Source: Proteromonas lacertae
Taxonomy: Eukaryota
Reading direction: 5' to 3'
NCBI GenBank assembly: GCA_002245135.1
Contig: NGBS01000304.1
Location: 62,001-126,000 of the forward strand
Length of the DNA: 64,000 bases
The position numbers and the translations under genes are program-made. The notes under the pieces are model-generated. The model saw nothing but the letters and a program-made list of their open reading frames with translations, ran no database searches and was not told where the DNA came from. Below are positions 26,768 through 44,656 of the stretch, one piece after another. Within the stretch, counting starts at the first letter, position 1; the number at the start of each line of letters is the position of its first letter.

Positions 26768-28083
26768 TTAATTAACATAATCAGATTGAATTATATTATA
26801 ATATTTCAATAATTCATCACAACTCGTTGAATATAGGTTATATATATCTCGACTTATCTTCTTTTCGACACTTCGATTTAAACAAGAAATATCAAAATAA
26901 CCTTCCATCCCTACTATCACTTTTATATCTTCTATATCTTCAAATCGATATACTTTTGATATATTGGGTAATTCAATCGTTAAATAATATTTATCTTCTC
27001 TCATACTGAAATATAATTCACCTTCTTTCCCTATCTTCATTTTACTTACCATATTGAATCGAAATACTTTATTCGTTATTTCAGCATGAAGTGACTATTT
27101 ATATATAAACATATAAACATATAAACATAAATATACATTCTTTTTTAATTCCATATAAGATGATATTAATTTGTTCGTTGTTTCATTTAAACAACTTAAT
27201 TTCGTATTTAATTCATTGATTTCTTCTTCTTTACTAACATTTTTCTATTATATACATTACATATAATAAATATATATAATATAATACCTTTTCTAATTCT
27301 TCATATTCAGTCTTTATTTTATTCATTTCTTCTTCTTTTTCTTTGTATTTTGTTGATAATTCTTCTTCAGTCTTCTTCAAATTATCATGTTCTATTGTTA
27401 ATAATTTGAATGATTCATTTAATGAATTGTATTCACTTATTTCATTATTGTATTTGTTTTGAAAATCATCAACTTTTCTATTGAAGTATTATTATTATTA
27501 TTATTTTATATATTATATATATCTATACTGTGTTAATATCTTCGTATCTTCATTATATTTATCTTCCAATTGATTATATCTATTTTGAAGTGAAGATAGT
27601 TCATCTTGTAAATCATTCACTCGACTATCCATCAAACTATACAAATTTAAAGATATTTATTCAATTAAAATATACTCATTGGCCAATCCAGTAGATTGAC
27701 TTGACATTACTGTACTTGACATCGAATCACTAGCGGAATTTACTGTATCTTTACCATTTGACTCATAAACTAGTAATTTCTTTTGAAGTGTTGTTGTTTT
27801 ATGGAATAAAGCAATTTTTGCATTAGATTCATCTTCTAATGCTTGTTTCTTTGATTCTATCTCATTCTCTAGTTGTTTTATCTTATCTTCTAGTTGGTTT
27901 AATTATTAAAGAATTTATGTATTAATAACACTCAATTAAAAGATATCAATCGTTTCTGTCTTTCTTGAGAAACTAGTTTCTTTAATTCAGTTAATTTTGG
28001 TATTAACTTCAATGCTGTAGAATCATTCAAATCAGTTGAATAAGTACCTGTTAATTATATATTACAAACATACTATCATCCAT
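26768..28083 (-). CDS. Multi-exon coiled-coil hypothetical protein
   Basis: E/K-rich heptad-like exons separated by small GT-AG introns; last exon is ORF 26768-27052; start uncertain. Confidence 0.45.
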
Positions 28084-28208
28084 ATTAACCATATAAAAAA
28101 TAAAGAAGAAATTTTGAAAATCAAACAGTAATCAAACTGTTTTCTTTTTATTCTTTTTTTTCTCACAAAAATATGATTTAAAATAAATTATTTAAAAGTA
28201 AAATATTC

Positions 28209-30011
28209 CTATTTAATAGAAAGATCCATATTTTCTTCTTTATTCAAAGGAATCTGTCTTGGTATTTGTATTTGACTTCTAAACTGATCTTTCGGTATAT
28301 CATCAATAGGAACAACATCAGCACCTGTATAATTCGCATAATTTGGTTTTGTAAAAGACATAGTTCTTTCCTTTTGTGTCTGATCTAAACTATAAATACC
28401 ACATATTCCATCACCTTGTGCATTTGGTCTCATAGTCAATCTCTGTTGTTTTGACTTTTCTATTGCATCTCTCACCATCCTAATTCGATTGTGTGCTTTT
28501 ACTTTAATATAACCAACTGTGTAAAACTAATTCACAATATATAATATATATAACATACACTTAGTGCTATAGGAGTCATTGCATTTAATTGATCTTCAGA
28601 TGTAACCCTTTCAATGAGTGGAACATTATTTTCTGTATCTGATTGTAGTTTGAAATGTTCTTTACCATTTTCAGTAATCCAAGGATGTTGTAATGCTTCT
28701 TCAACCTAAGATCATTATAATTATAAATATACTGACATTCGTTTATTTGGATCTACACATAATAATCTCCTAATAAAATTAGACAAATCAGGATTAACTC
28801 TATATGGGAATAATAACATCCCTTTTAACACTAATGACGTAGTAACTTGTGTATTACATCCTTTATATGGCAAACTACCGAATAATAATCGGAATATAAC
28901 CACCCCTATTGCATACATATCAGCCTTTTTTCCTGAAAATGGCTTTAATGGACGTTTTAATATTTCTGGAGCTTGATAATATCGAGTTCCTGTAACGGTA
29001 CAAAGTGAGTCATTGTCTTTAAAGATGTGTGATAAACCAAAATCACAAAGGAAGAGTGTGTCACGTTTAGTACTATATATATACATATAAGAAAAAATAA
29101 AGAAATTTAAAATAAAAAAGATTAAAAATAAAGGAAAAGAATGATTAAAAAGAATAGAAAAATGAAAATATAGAAAGAATAAAAGAAAATATAATAAATA
29201 TATGATATATATATATTCATACTCTAACAACAAATTCTCTACTTTTATATCTCTATGTATAATTCTATTATGATGTAAATAATCAACACCTTGTAACAAT
29301 TGTCGTATATATTTCAATAACTGTGGTTCAGTATAAGTGTTATTGTTGTGAGTATAAGCAATTGCAGCTAAATTAATAATAATTAACAATTTATATATAC
29401 CTCCTTGAATATAGTCAAAAACAAGATGTAGACAGTCATCATCTTTATCATCTATTACTTCATATAGTTTAATTATATAAGGATGATCAATTTTCTTTAA
29501 TATTGCTATTTCTCGACATAATGATTCTGCTGGTACATTGTATTAGGGAAATGTATAATATATAATATAATGATGTAAAGAAAAAAAAAGATATATTCCA
29601 TATTTTCTAATCCATCAGTTAGCCTATTAAATGCTTTTCTATCTATCGATTTTATTGCATATTCTTTATGTGTATTGTGATCACGACAATAATAAACGGT
29701 ACTATTGAAAAATAACAGATATTCTTAATGAAGCATATATACGATGTAGCACCTGAGCCCAATGGAGGATAATATACATCATAATTATTAATCGTTGATT
29801 TACAATGCTTCACATTACCATCTACTACTAGTACCGCCTCTTCAGCATGCTGCGGCTGGTTTACCTGTTTTTCTTGTGGTTTTGGGGTTACTTCAATAGA
29901 TGTCTTAATTTTAGGTTTAGGACTGGCTTTTGGTTTTGGTAAAGGATCATTTCTCTCTACAGTTACCTGAACGGGAGGTGGTACAGGTTGTACAGATGCA
30001 TTACATCCCAT
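28209..30011 (-). CDS. Ser/Thr protein kinase, CAMK/CaMKK-like, with N-terminal MGC acylation motif
   Basis: Motifs LGSGAT, REIAILKKIDHPYIIKLYEVIDD, IIHRDIKVENLL, CDFGLS, GTRYYQAPE, DMYAIG; starts MGCNAS. Confidence 0.85.
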
Positions 30012-30170
30012 TTGTATATATCTTTAAGCTAAAAATAATTAATTGTTAGATTACTAATAAAAAATTAAAAAACGATAATTTATAGAAACGGTTCATTTTT
30101 TTAAACAAAAAATAATTGAAAAAAAATCGTTATAATAGTTATAATGTATATAATTATTATAGTAATTATT

Positions 30171-33047
30171 TTACATTTTCTTAGATCCTCTATCTCTTAA
30201 GCTATAAAGAAAAAATATAAAAAGATAGAAATATACTCTGTCTCCATCCCTAGTTCAGCAAATACATTTTTATCTGATGCTAAATTGTTTTTTAATCTCG
30301 GAACATCTGTACTTCTTGATACTAATCTTTGAGATTTTCGATTTAAGCTAGTAATAGGCTTTGGAGTCAAATGATTATCTCCCATAGTAGGTGAAGGTCT
30401 ATATTTAGAATAACCACCAGTACCTGATTCTAAATCATCTTCTTCATCATAATCATCATTCTTTTTTGCTCTTCTATTGCTTCTAATCACACTAATTGAA
30501 ATATAAGATATATTATTATATTATATAAATACTTGCACACATATACAACCACCAACAATAAAGCAACTCCTACAATTAACTCAAGTAAAAAGTATAAATA
30601 ACTTCCTTCTCCACCTGATCCATTTTTACCATTTCTGTTAGGCATTTTTTCAGGATCACATTTTCCAACTGCATCAACAACTTCTACAGGATGTGGTTGC
30701 TGAGATTTATCAAAAGAAACACAGTATAATTTATATTCTTTACATTCCTGTACTGTAAATGATAATGCTAATTCTTTATCACAATCAAATGTTGTTCCAC
30801 TTTTAATAATACTTCCTAAGGTTGGAATTGCATTGATTTCTGATATTTGACAGTAACCATTTACAGGTACTTTGGATTCTAATTTTACTATTATTTTTCT
30901 TACTGGATAACCATTATTTGATTGAATATGAGGGATTAGAATAGGATCTTCTATATTAACAATATATAATATAACAATAATAAATATTATACCCATTTTT
31001 AATACTTGATCCATTCTAAACACAGCATCATCATCTTTCTTTGAAACTAAACATACGATATTTGAAGATTTAAAAGATGAAAACAATTCTAAATCAATTA
31101 CTATTGATGAACTTCCATGCTTATCATTAATTTCAGTTTTATATTTACTATTCTCTAAAATACCATCTGATATTTTGGTAACATCTTTTTCAGCATCTTC
31201 AGCAATACAATATACAGTAGAAGGATGGGTTGATCTTACATTAATCAATATAGAATGAGGTCTTTGCCATTTCGCTTCTATATCACCTTTAAAACCTTCA
31301 TCTTTTTCAATAACTACTGATTTTACTTCACTTACTACTCCATCATATGATTCAAATATGCAATATACATTGTATTCTTTTTCTAATTCTAAATCATTTA
31401 TTTTTAACTCTCCATTATCATCATTTTCTTTAATTGTTCCTGATTCACCATCTGATTTTATTTTTTCAGCTATTGGAATTGATTCTTCACTTGGCAAACA
31501 GTATATTTTTCCAGCTTTTGATGATTTTACTCCTATTACTGCACCTCCTCCTTTTCTTCCTTTAGAAGTTATTTCTATTAAACCGCTGTCTTTCTTTTCA
31601 TCTTCTTTTTCTTTTTCTTTCTCTTTTGCTTTTTCTTCATTTTTGTTATTTTGATTGTCATTTAGTTCATTGTTATTCATTTCTTTTTTATCATTATTAT
31701 TGTCTGCGATATTGTTATTGTTTATAGCATTATTATCAGCTACAACATTGTTATCTACTACATTTTTATTATCGTTATTTCCTTCTACATTATTGTTATT
31801 ATTATTTACCACCGCATTATTATTATTCGCATTATTATTATTGTTATTATTAGCAACAGCATTATTGTTGTTTAAAGCATTGTTGTTTACAGCATTACCA
31901 TTATTGTTGTTTACAACTCCATTATTATTATTGTTTGCTACATTACCATTATTGTTTGCTACATTGTTGTTGTTTACAACTGCATTACCATTATTGTTTG
32001 CTACATTATTGTTGTTTACAACTCCATTATTATTGTTTGCTACATTACCATTATTGTTTGCTACATTGTTGTTATTTATTAAATTATTATTATCTACAGC
32101 ATTATTGTTGTTTAAAGCATTGTTGTTTACAGCATTACCATTATTGTTGTTTACAACTCCATTATTATTATTGTTTGCTGCATTATTGTTGTTTACAGCA
32201 TTATCATTATTATTGTTTGCTACATTACCATTATTGTTTGCACGAATAATTTTTCCACCATCTTCATCATTATCTTTATTCTCTTTATTTTCATTATCAT
32301 TATTTCCATTATCTCCATTCTTATCATTATTTCTATTATCATCTTTACCATTGCCATCATCATTATTATTAACTCCATCTCCATCTTTGCCATTACCATC
32401 ATCATCTTTATTCACTCCATTATCTCCATCATTTTTCTTATTATTATCATTTCCATTGTCTCCATCATTCTTATTATCGTCTTTATTCACTCCATTATCA
32501 CCATCATTATTTCCATTATCTCCATCTTTACCATTTCCATCATCGTCTTTTCCATTACCATCATCACCATCTTTTATATCATCTTTATTGTTGTTATTAT
32601 CATTTTTATTCTCTAATTTCTTATTTTCATCATTACCTTCAGCTGCTACTGCTCCTCCTTCATCTTTTTTATTGTTATCTGCATCTTGATTCTCTACAGC
32701 TCTTTTTCTTAAATCATCTTCATTGTTGTTATTATCTTTTACTACTTGATCATCTTTATTTGCATTTAAATCTTGAACTGCGTTTGGAACAGATGTTGTT
32801 GGATTTACTGCATCTTGTAAACTTCTTTTCAATCCCATTATTGGATTTCTATTATTTATTACTAAATTATTATATTCATACTTTTTGCTAATCTTATTAA
32901 ATTCTTCTTTTCCTTTGACATCACCCCAATCGTTTAAACTGACTTGATTAATATTAGAAGACTCAATATTGGGTAAAATTATTCCTATGATATATAACAT
33001 CCTTTAATAATACCCAAAATTAATATAATGGCAATAGTTTTCCACAT
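30171..33047 (-). CDS. Type I membrane protein with Asp/Asn-rich stalk and ~3 beta-sandwich-like modules
   Basis: Signal MWKTIAIILILGIILP (spliced); long N/D/G low-complexity region; repeated 'YC' modules; TM YLYFLLELIVGVALLLVVVYVC; tail ends ..RGSKKM*. Confidence 0.75.
31700..32600 (-). repeat. Coding low-complexity repeats (NNNG-NVA/NAV; GD-NG-KDD)
   Basis: Repeated ttattgtttgctacattacca blocks; NNNNGVVNNNNGNAVNNNALNNNNAV occurs twice. Confidence 0.85.
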
Positions 33048-33095
33048 TTTTCAAAACTAAACTAGAAAAAGCTTGAGCTTGATACTCTTTAAAAA

Positions 33096-33564
33096 ATGGC
33101 TGCTGCAAGATTATTAAGTCAAAATTCTGATAAATTAATTGCTGTAATTGGTGATGAAGTATTTTATCTTTTTTGATTTTAATAATAGGATACAGTAACA
33201 GGATTTCTTCTTGCAGGAATTGGAGATAAATCTATCAATAAAGGTTCAAATTTTTACATCGTTGATGCAAGTATGTTTTAAATAATTTATTTCGTTAGAG
33301 ACAAAAACAGAACAGATCGAAGAAGAGTTCAACCGTCTGACCAGCCGTGATGATATAGCTATACTATTAATAAACCAAAAAGTATAATTGTTTATCACTC
33401 CTATTTATTTAAAACAGATTGCTAATGAAGTTCGACATTTAATTTCTTTATATAACAAGCCAATTCCTACGATTTTGGAAATTCCTAGTAAAGATTCACC
33501 ATATGATCCAAGTAAAGATTCTATTATGAAGAGAGTGTCAGGAATGCTTGGTGGTGAATCATAA
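33096..33564 (+). CDS. VMA7: V-type ATPase subunit F (4 exons, missed by the ORF track)
   Basis: Spliced: LIAVIGDE-DTVTGFLLAGIGD..DIAILLINQK-IANEVRHLI..PTILEIPSKDSPYDPSKDSIMKR. Confidence 0.95.
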
Positions 33565-33818
33565 TTTCGTTTATATAAAATTATTGTTTGGTTTACGTTT
33601 GTTGTTGTTGTAAATATTGCCATATATTCAGTTTTGATATAAAAACTATATTTTGAAGTAAATTTTTTTAACCAAACATTTATTCGTTTTAATTGTGTAA
33701 ATTACATAACTGACAGTAATTTAATACATCGTTATTTTTTAATTCTCTCAAACTATTTATATAAAATACATTTAGATTAAAATCTCTGCCTCCATGTGTA
33801 TAATAGAATAAAATAAAC

Positions 33819-35129
33819 ATGCAAGTTGAACCAAAAGCTAATCAATTAGTATAATTAAACCCTATATATTTGAGTAGATGGCAGCTTATTCTAAAAGCAA
33901 TACATTTCAGTTCAAACATTTTGACATGTACAAAACGCTTATACTGCCAATTACAGAAAATTCAGAAGAGTTTGTTAAATTCTTTTGTTGTATATATATT
34001 ATTATACTAATAATTTAGTAAATATTTATGAGGTTAATGTTATATTTTCAGAATATTTAAGAGTGTGGTTTAAATCCAACAGTAGTGAAAACTATGTCAC
34101 ATTTGATAATTTATGCAAATCATACAGACTAAGATTGTGTCCTCTACTGGAGAAATATTTTTCTATATATAGTATATATAATGTTTCTATTACTAAATTA
34201 TAGATAATTGTGTATATTATGAACCTTTCCTTCAATTTATATTAATTTTTTCTATCACAAATGGTAGTCATCTCATACCAAGCCTTCTGAGTGTTGTAGG
34301 CATACACGTCACTACATATATAAATCCAATAGAATTACAGCGATTTTATGAACTAATAGATCCAAGACAAAAATATCGAGAAGAACTTGATAAATGGATT
34401 GTAGAGAACACAGATTCGTTAGATGGATCAATTCCTCTACCTAGTGTTTATAAATTCTTTAGTACAAGGCCAGTAATTATAGGAGCAATCTTATCAATAC
34501 GAAGGAAAATTGTAGCTGGTGTTTTAGGAAAAGATACAGTGAAGACAATCACCTATAGGTATAAGCACATTGAATTAATTCGAAAGTTCAAAAAGGAGCA
34601 TAAAGGGAAGAACAAACCTGAGAGTTGTAAGTCTAAATTGCATAGGCTAATACATGGTGGACCACAGCCTTACCATTACGATTTTGAACCAAGTGAATAT
34701 GTTTCTATTGATTCTGTAACGGCTCTTTTTCGAATGAAATATGGATTTAAACCTCCAACCGAATCATTACCATTTTGTTATAAGAATGGTGCTATTTATA
34801 AAACATCTCTCCATAATAATATCAATAATAATAATAATAACAATAATAGAAATAATTTTAGATTTAATTACAATCGTAATAGAATAATTCGACCTACAGG
34901 TGATTTTTCAATAAGAGGCCCTAGACAATTTAAGAAAACAAAACAGTTAGGAGAATTGAACAGAGAGCCTAGTTTTAATTTGAATAATTTAGAAAATGAA
35001 ATAGATGATGAAGATGCTGAACCACCAATAATAATGGAAACAATGAAGTTGCCAATGATAAAATCATCTACAATAAGATCTACCACTACACATCCACCAA
35101 TTCCTCCTCCACCACTACATCATTACTAA
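33819..35129 (+). CDS. Multi-exon hypothetical protein with Pro-rich C-terminus
   Basis: ATG at 33819, small introns, and a long last exon ending PPIPPPPLHHY*. Confidence 0.55.
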
Positions 35130-35900
35130 AAACAATAACCCTCTCCAATCACTTTGAGCAAATAGCTAGTCATTTATTTTTCTTATTTTAATTATTTTGT
35201 CTATTAAACAAAATGTTTATGTAGAAATGATAAATAATAAATGTGTATGTATTATCATAAGAGTAATATAATGAGATAAAAAAGAATAGTAATAAGTGTA
35301 TGATTAATAAATGGTAATTTAAATTTTTTAATAGGTCCGCTATAGTATAGTGGTTAGTATCCCCGCCTGTCACGCGGGAGGCCCGAGTTCAATTCTCGGT
35401 GGCGGAGATCTTTTTTTGTATTTTTTTCTTTTATTTAAATCTTTTAAGTTGACTAGAGTTTATTTTGATTTTGGTGTTATGTTTATATAAAATGAATATC
35501 AACACAAGTTTTGGTGATTTATTATTAAAAAAGATATAGCAAAAAGATTGATGGAAAAATCTACAAGAAAACACGAAGTTTTGTACAACATATAAGCATA
35601 TGAAAATGTAGACATATAAGAATATTTTAGTATTTAGAATAGATATAACCATGAATAAATATTAATATAATATTTTCTTTTATTACATCTAATAGATAAT
35701 TAAACACTTCTTTCTATATATTGCTTTTGCTACATCTAATAACTCTTATCATTCACACATATTGTACTACAAGCTAAATCTTGAATTTAACTCATTTCTA
35801 TCTACTAGACACAGCCAATTACATCAACAAATACTAAATATCATCAACATCATGTTTATATCACATTTCATTATCAAAAACACTAACTAACACTGAAACT
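34990..35900 (+). repeat. Left arm of a ~0.9-kb inverted repeat (contains the 3' end of the upstream gene and tRNA-Asp)
   Basis: Reverse complement of ~38378-39282; mirrored ORFs 35188-35373 vs 38899-39084 are identical. Confidence 0.95.
35336..35407 (+). tRNA. tRNA-Asp(GTC)
   Basis: 72 nt tccgctatagtatagtggttagtatccccgcctGTCacgcgggaggcccgagttcaattctcggtggcggag; cloverleaf with A and B boxes. Confidence 0.95.
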
Positions 35901-36147
35901 TAACACTCATCATTTACATCATCATAGAATATGCAATGTGCATAAATAAAACAGAATATAGTATTATTGTTTTTATCACACATTCTGCAATTGAAATAAA
36001 TCACATTTTAAGTTTTGGGTTATTCAAAATTTTGATAAAAATCGAATTTCGTTATTTTTGTTATATATTTACATAAAGATGATAAGAAAAGTTAATAAAA
36101 GCATAAGAGAAGAGGGGTATATTTTATATTTATTTTTATGATAGATT

Positions 36148-38204
36148 ATGTCGAAAATTGGTCGAAAGTGGTTTTGGTGATATAGAAGTGAAGATTGGAG
36201 ATAGTCGAATAATGTCAATTAAATCAATTTTAGTGAATGGAAATGAAACATTAAAGAAACTGTTATTAGATCGTGAGTTTGTTGGAGTTTTAGAGTTATA
36301 TGAAGAAATAGAAGAAATTGGCTATTATGAGATGGAGAAATACTACAGTGGTGGTGAACTGATAATCTGTAAAGAGAGTGTGTGTGAAGTGTTGATGTTT
36401 TGTTTATGTTATTGTGAAAAAGAGATAATAAATGATTGTTATGAATTTGTGAAGAATAATATAGATGATAAAGTGTTAATGAAATTAATTCATATCTGTA
36501 ATGTATTTGGTGGATGTTTGAGAGAGATAGAAGAATTGAAAAATATGGAAATAGAAAAGCGAGGATATAAATATTTATATAAGAATGAATATTTGTTGAG
36601 ATTAGAAATGAATAATTTGATTGAGATATTAAATATGAGAGATGTGATAATAGTGAATGAGTTATGGTTATTAAATCGGTTATTAGAATGGTATAAATTC
36701 CAAAAGAATGAGAAAGATAATAAAGAGATTCAAGATGATTTTAAACATTTGATAGAAGAAGATATCGATGATGAAAAGATAAAAGAGAAAGAGATAGAAA
36801 AGAGAATAAAGAAATGTTGAAAGAAATGAAAATAGAATTGAAGAAAAATGAATGTAAAAATCATATAGAATTATATTCAATAAAAGATGAGAGAATTCAA
36901 AATGTGATAATCAACAAATACAATGAAGATAATGAAGAAGAAGACTTTAATGAAGATGAAAGAAGAATATTGGATAGAATGGAAGAAGAAGAATTGAATG
37001 ATGAAATAATGTGTATACTAGAAATGAATAATATAAAAATGACCGAAATAGTATTGATAATAATGAAATATAAAAATATGAAAATGGAAAGTATAAATAC
37101 TAAAAATATATTTAAATAGAATATATCTCAAATACAGAAAAGAGAAATCTATTGGAAAGATTATGTATAGAATACAATGAGAATAAAAGAAATCGAGCAA
37201 TGAAATGTTTATGTTTATTCATTGATGATAAAAAGGATATTTCAATAATAGAAGAAGTATGTGGAAAAAGAATTCTTATTAGAATATTGAATGAAGATAA
37301 TTATTTAAATTCCAAATCTAAAGAATTATTAATAGAATATGTAAAAGAGAAGAAATTGAGTTTAGAAGAAGAAGAAGAAATGATTGTAATAATAAAAGAT
37401 AAAGAATTATTGAGTGAATTAAAAACAAAAGAAATCACATCATTTTCATATCCTCAATCAGAATATTCATTTATATTAAATGAAGAAATGTCAATAATTC
37501 CATTATTTGATGGAAATCGATGTGACTTTTCAATAAATCCTTCCTTACCTAATGGAATAATGATAGAAAAAGAGAATGGAATAATTCATGGAAAAGTGAA
37601 TAAAGTAATAGAAAATAGAGAATATGAAATAAGTTGTAAGAATAATCAAAGCGAAAAGAAATTCAAAATATCATTGGAATTTATTGATATAAAGTTCACA
37701 GAATTAAACAAAAGTGATGGAATATCAATATCAAATAATGGAAAAATAATAAAAAATACAATTTGTGGTTATAATCATTGTTATTTAAATCTGAAAATGG
37801 AAGATGGAGTTTATCATATCAAATATAAATTTCATCAAAATGGAAGTTATTATAATAATATAATGTTAGGATTATCAACTGATAATACATATTCTGGTTA
37901 TAGTATTTATAATCAATCAACAACATGTAATTATTGGGCATTTGAAGATAAAAGTCAAGATATTACTTCAATATGTCATATTGGAAGAGTTGTAACTTCA
38001 AATCCAAATTTCAATAATCATGGAGATGGTTCAATTTATGAAGTGATTGTTGATATGAATAAAAGAGAATTTTGGATAAGTCATAATAATTCATTTCCTG
38101 TTTTACTTGTTGAAGATTTACCTTCTCCATTATATCCATATACTGAATTATATGGTCAAAACACATCAATAGAATTATTATCAGTTTCTTATCAAACAGG
38201 TTAG
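36148..38204 (+). CDS. Apparently intronless BTB/BACK-like + Ig-like + SPRY-like protein, with ~4 frameshifts (errors or pseudogene)
   Basis: BTB-like GDIEVKIG..IKSILV..LKKLL..YYSG..C..F; BACK-like NELWLLNRLLEW; Ig-like FSINPSLPNGIMIEKENGIIHG; SPRY-like IMLG..GSIYEVIVDMNKRE..LPSPLYPY. Confidence 0.65.
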
Positions 38205-38242
38205 ATAATATGAATATTTAAACATTTATATCCATTAATATA

Positions 38243-38358
38243 ATTCTAAATACTAAAATATTCTATATATATGTCTACATTTTCATATGCTTATATGTTG
38301 TACAAAACTTCGTGTTTTCTTGTAGATTTTGCCTTCAATCTTTTTGCTATATCTTTTT
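38243..38358 (+). repeat. Extra ~115-bp direct copy of part of the right inverted-repeat arm
   Basis: attctaaatactaaaatattctatatatatgtctacattttcatatgcttatatgttgtacaaaacttcgtg.. recurs at ~38629-38745. Confidence 0.85.
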
Positions 38359-38377
38359 CAGTAATCAATCTTTAATC

Positions 38378-39282
38378 AGTTTCAATGTTAGTTAGTGTTG
38401 TTGAGAGTGAAATGTGATATAAACATGATGATGATGATATTTAGTATTTGTTGATGTAATTAGATGTTTCTAGAAGATATAAGAGAGATATTTTGAAAAT
38501 TTAACTTGTAGTACAATATATGTGAATGATAAAAGTTATTAGAAGCAATATATAGAAAGAAGTGTTTAATTATCTATTAGATATAATAAAAGAAAATATT
38601 ATATTAATATTTATTCATGGTTATATCTATTCTAAATACTAAAATATTCTATATATATGTCTACATTTTCATATGCTTATATGTTGTACAAAACTTCGTG
38701 TTTTCTTGTAGATTTTTCCATCAATCTTTTTGTTATATCTTTTTTAATAATAAATCACCAAAACTTGTGTTGATATTCATTTTATGTAAACATAACACCA
38801 AAATCAAAATAAACTCTAGTCAACTTAAAAGATTTAAATAAAAGAAAAAAATACAAAAAAAGATCTCCGCCACCGAGAATTGAACTCGGGCCTCCCGCGT
38901 GACAGGCGGGGATACTAACCACTATACTATAGCGGACCTATTAAAAAATTTAAATTACCATTTATTAATCATACACTTATTACTATTCTTTTTTATCTCA
39001 TTATATTACTCTTATGATAATACATACACATTTATTATTTATCATTTCTACATAAACATTTTGTTTAATAGACAAAATAATTAAAATAAGAAAAATAAAT
39101 GACTAGCTATTTGCTCAAAGTGATTGGAGAGGGTTATTGTTTTTAGTAATGATGTAGTGGTGGAGGAGGAATTGGTGGATGTGTAGTGGTAGATCTTATT
39201 GTAGATGATTTTATCATTGGCAACTTCATTGTTTCCATTATTATTGGTGGTTCAGCATCTTCATCATCTATTTCATTTTCTA
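38378..39282 (-). repeat. Right arm of the ~0.9-kb inverted repeat
   Basis: Reverse complement of 34990-35900; coordinate sum 74272 holds for both the outer ends and the tRNAs. Confidence 0.95.
38865..38936 (-). tRNA. tRNA-Asp(GTC), second identical copy
   Basis: Exact reverse complement of 35336-35407. Confidence 0.95.
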
Positions 39283-39632
39283 TATGTATTATTTGTTTAA
39301 TTAAGAATTTATGTAATAGTGAATAATATTAGTATAATATTAAATACTTCTCTCTATTATCATCATTTTATTGTATATTATTTAAATTTAATTTATAAAT
39401 ATTATAATTATATATAAAAATTGCAGAATTTATAATAATAAATCATTAAAAACTCTATAATACATTTCTTTTCTAAATTCTTATAATATCATTAATCAAA
39501 CATTAACAGTGTTATATAGATGTGATTTTATTTTATATTTTATTATTTATTCATACAAAATACAAAAACTCAAATTTAATTATTGTATATTTCAATAAAA
39601 AAACATATAAAAAACAATAAAACTTCAATAAA

Positions 39633-44465
<4,833 letters not shown>

Positions 44466-44656
44466 CCTTAATGCATTTGATGTGTAATTATCTTTTCTCT
44501 TCATCTCGAAAATGACAAAAACAATTACGGCTCAATTAAAGTCGCTTTTTCAAATTTATTTTGATATTATGCCAAATCTAAATTTGTTTGATTTGAGGTT
44601 AGAGCAGATCATCATTTCCGTTTTTTTTGGGGTTTTTAATAAACTGTTATTAAAAG

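Noticed and set aside
31655..32689. 344-aa Leu-rich + strand ORF
   Set aside because: Antisense of the Asn/Asp codon repeats
35188..35652. Short ORFs in the inverted-repeat arms (mirrored at 38617-39084)
   Set aside because: They overlap the tRNA or AT-rich non-coding DNA, and their duplication simply reflects the repeat
34990..39282. Autonomous DNA transposon with terminal inverted repeats
   Set aside because: No transposase motif, no target-site duplication seen, and the arms contain host gene and tRNA sequence
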